From: Eledone cirrhosa
Lineage: Eukaryota
DNA: 64,000 nucleotides
Assembly: GCA_964016885.1 (NCBI GenBank)
Contig: OZ024743.1
Span: forward strand, 377,208,001 to 377,272,000
Reading direction: 5' to 3'
Shown: one piece after another, positions 60,801-64,000 of the stretch
How the letters are laid out: every line of letters begins with the position of its first letter
Numbering within the stretch: the first letter of the stretch is position 1
Translations under genes and position numbers: made by a program
The notes under the pieces: generated by a model
Database searches by the model: none
Told to the model about the DNA's origin: nothing
The model's input: only the letters and a program-made list of their open reading frames with translations

Positions 60801-63800
60801 TCAACACCAACACCATCACCACCACCATCAACAGCAATACCATCACCACCACCATCAACACCAACACCATCACCACCACCATCAACACCAATACCATCAC
60901 CACCACCATCAACACAAACACCATCACCACCACCGCCAACACCAACACCATCACCACCACCATCAACACCAATACCATCACCACCACCATCAACACCAAC
61001 ACCATCACGACCACCATCAACACCAATACCATCACCACCACCATCAACACCAACACCATCACGACCACCATCAACACCAACACCATCACGACCACCATCA
61101 ACACCAACACCATCACCACCACCATCAACACCAATACCATCACCACCACCATCAACACCAATACCATCACCACCACCATCAACACCAACACCATCACCAC
61201 CACCGCCAACACCAACACCATCAACACCACCATCAACACCAACACCATAGCCACCACCATCAACACCAACACCATCACCACCACCATCAACACCAATACC
61301 ATCACCACCACCATCAACACCAACACCATCACTACCACCATCAACACCAACAACATCACCACCACCATCAACACCTATACCATCACCACCACCATCAACA
61401 CCAACACCATTACCACCACCGCCAACACCAACATCATCACGACCACCATCAACACCAACAACATCAGCACCACCATCAACACCAACACTATCACCCCCAC
61501 CGGCAACACCAACACCATCACCACCCCCATCAACAACTCCACGACCATCAACAGCAACACCATCGTCACCACTAGACCTCTTCCACAATCAATACCACCA
61601 ACAACAACACCACCATCAACAGCACCATCACCACTACCATCATTACCAATACCACCACTATCACCACCACCACCACCACCACCAACACCACCAACACCAC
61701 CACCATCAACACAACCATCAACAATACTACAATCAACACCACCAACAACACCAACAACACCATCACTACCAACACCAGCACCAACAACACCACCACCACC
61801 AAGACTACCACCATCAACACCACCATCAACAATACTACAATCACCACCACCATCAACACCAACACCATCACCACCACCATGTACACCAATACCATCACCA
61901 CCACCGCCAACACCAACACCATCACCACCACCGTCAACACCATCACCACCACCGCCAACACCAACACCATCACCACCACCGCCAACACCAACACCATCAC
62001 CACCACCGTCAACACCAACACCATCACCACCACCGCCAACACAAATACCATCACCACCATCATCAACACCAACAACATCACCACCACCATCAACACCAAT
62101 ACCATCACTACCACCATTAACACCAATACCATCACCACCACCGTCAACACCAACATCATCACCACCACCGCCAACACCAACATCATCACCACCACCATCA
62201 ACACCAACATCATCACCACCACCATCAACACCAATACCATCACTACCACCATTAACACCAATACCATCACCACCACCGTCAACACCAACATCATCACCAC
62301 CACCGCCAACACCAACATCATCACCACCACCATCAACACCAACAACATCACCACAACCATCAACACCAATACCATCACTACCACCATTAACACCAATACC
62401 ATCACCACCACCGTCAACACCAACATCATCACCACCACCGCCAACACCAACACCATCACCACCACCATCAACACCAACATCATCACCACCACCATCAACA
62501 CCAATACCATCACCACCACCATCAACACCAATACCATCAACACCACCATCAACACCAACACCATCACCATCACCATCAACACCAATACCATCACCACCAC
62601 CATCAACACCAATACCATCACCACCACCATCAACACCAATACCATCACCACCACCATCAACACCAATACCATCACCACCACCATCAACACCAATACCATC
62701 ACCACCACCATCAACACCAACACCATCACCACCACCATCAACACCAATACCATCACCACCACCATCAACACCAACACCATCACCACCACCATCAACACCA
62801 ATACCATCACCACCACCGCCAACACCAACACCATCACCACCACCATCAACAGTAATACCATCACCACCACCATCAACACCAACACCATCAACACCACCGC
62901 CAACACCAACACCATCACCACCACCATCAACACCAACACCATCACGACCACCATCAACACCAATACCATCACCACCACCATCAACACCAATACCATCACC
63001 ACCACCATCAACACCAATACCATCACCACCACCATCAACACCAATACCATCACCACCACCATCAACACCAACACCATCACCACCACCGCCAACACCAACA
63101 CCATCACCACCACCGCCAACACCAACACCATCACCATCAACACCAATACCATCACCACCACCATCAACACCAACACCATCACTACCACCATCAACACCAA
63201 CAACATCACCACCACCATCAACACCAACAACATCACCACCACCATCAACACCAATACCATCACCACCACCATCAACACCAACACCATCACCACCACCATC
63301 AACACCAATACCATCATCACCACCATCAACACCTATACCATCACCACCACCATCAACACCAATACTATCACTACCACCATCAACACCAACACCATCACCA
63401 CCACCGCCAACACCAACATCATCACGGTCACGACCACCATCAACACCAACAACATCAGCACCACCATCAACACCAACAACATCACCACCACCACCACCAC
63501 CATCAACACCAACACTATCACCCCCACCGGCAACACCAACACCATCACCACCCCCAACAACAACACCACGACCATCAACAGCAAGACCATCGTCACCACT
63601 AGACCTCTTCCACAATCAATACCACCAACAACAACACCACCATCAATAGCACCATCACTACTACCATCATTACCAATACCACCACTATCACCACCACCAC
63701 CACCACCACCACCACCACCACCACCATCAACACCACCATCAACAATACCACAATCAACACCACAAACAACACCAACAACACCACCACCACCAACACCACC

Positions 63801-64000
63801 AACACCACCACCATCAACACAACCATCAACAATACTACAATCAACACCACCAACAACACCAACAACACCACCATCACCACCAACACCATCACCAGCAACA
63901 CCAGCACTATCAACACCACCATCAACAACACCACCAATACCATCAACACCAACAACACCATCACTACCAACACCAGCACCAACAACACCACCACCACCAA
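18885..64000. repeat. Giant (CCA)-derived tandem array, 27-bp consensus CCATCACCACCACCATCAACACCAAYA, >45 kb, continues beyond the window
   Basis: Built from NCA triplets; the plus strand is almost G-free. Homogeneous core (about 37.7-39, 46-47.4 and 52-53.5 kb) with degenerate edges. Internal block duplications offset by 8283 and 6066 bp. Confidence 0.96.

Noticed and set aside
18555-64000. Giant ORFs in the track (PSPPPSTPI extensin-like, poly-His, VVVMVLVLM, GGGDGIGVD up to 6248 aa)
   Set aside because: Several frames are open at once because NCA triplets rarely form stops. Starts are arbitrary internal or non-ATG codons, ORFs switch repeat frame mid-way, and there are no non-repetitive domains.
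18885-64000. CRISPR array or telomeric repeat
   Set aside because: No unique spacers and no cas genes in a eukaryotic context; no TTAGGG/CCCTAA-type units.

Overview
Eukaryotic, repeat-dominated DNA with no recognisable host gene. A degenerate tRNA-derived SINE resembling the abundant octopus SINE, plus dense microsatellites, suggests a cephalopod or other mollusc (inference). 1-10.2 kb: two related Tx1-clade non-LTR retrotransposons on the minus strand, head-to-tail. All three visible element ends abut a (GATA)n/(TATC)n microsatellite. The right copy is full length with open ORF1 and ORF2 and a predicted 3'UTR pseudoknot; the left copy is frameshifted and runs off the window. 10.2-18.7 kb: a (TA)n-rich zone with several fold-back inverted repeats carrying complete or partial minimal type-I hammerhead ribozymes (Penelope-like pseudo-LTR or retrozyme remnants, including a 460-bp tandem unit with two intact hammerheads), a 5'-truncated RTE LINE fragment and a SINE. 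18.9-64 kb: a >45-kb, nearly G-free (CCA)-derived tandem array with a 27-bp consensus and multi-kb internal duplications. The giant ORFs in the track come from this array.
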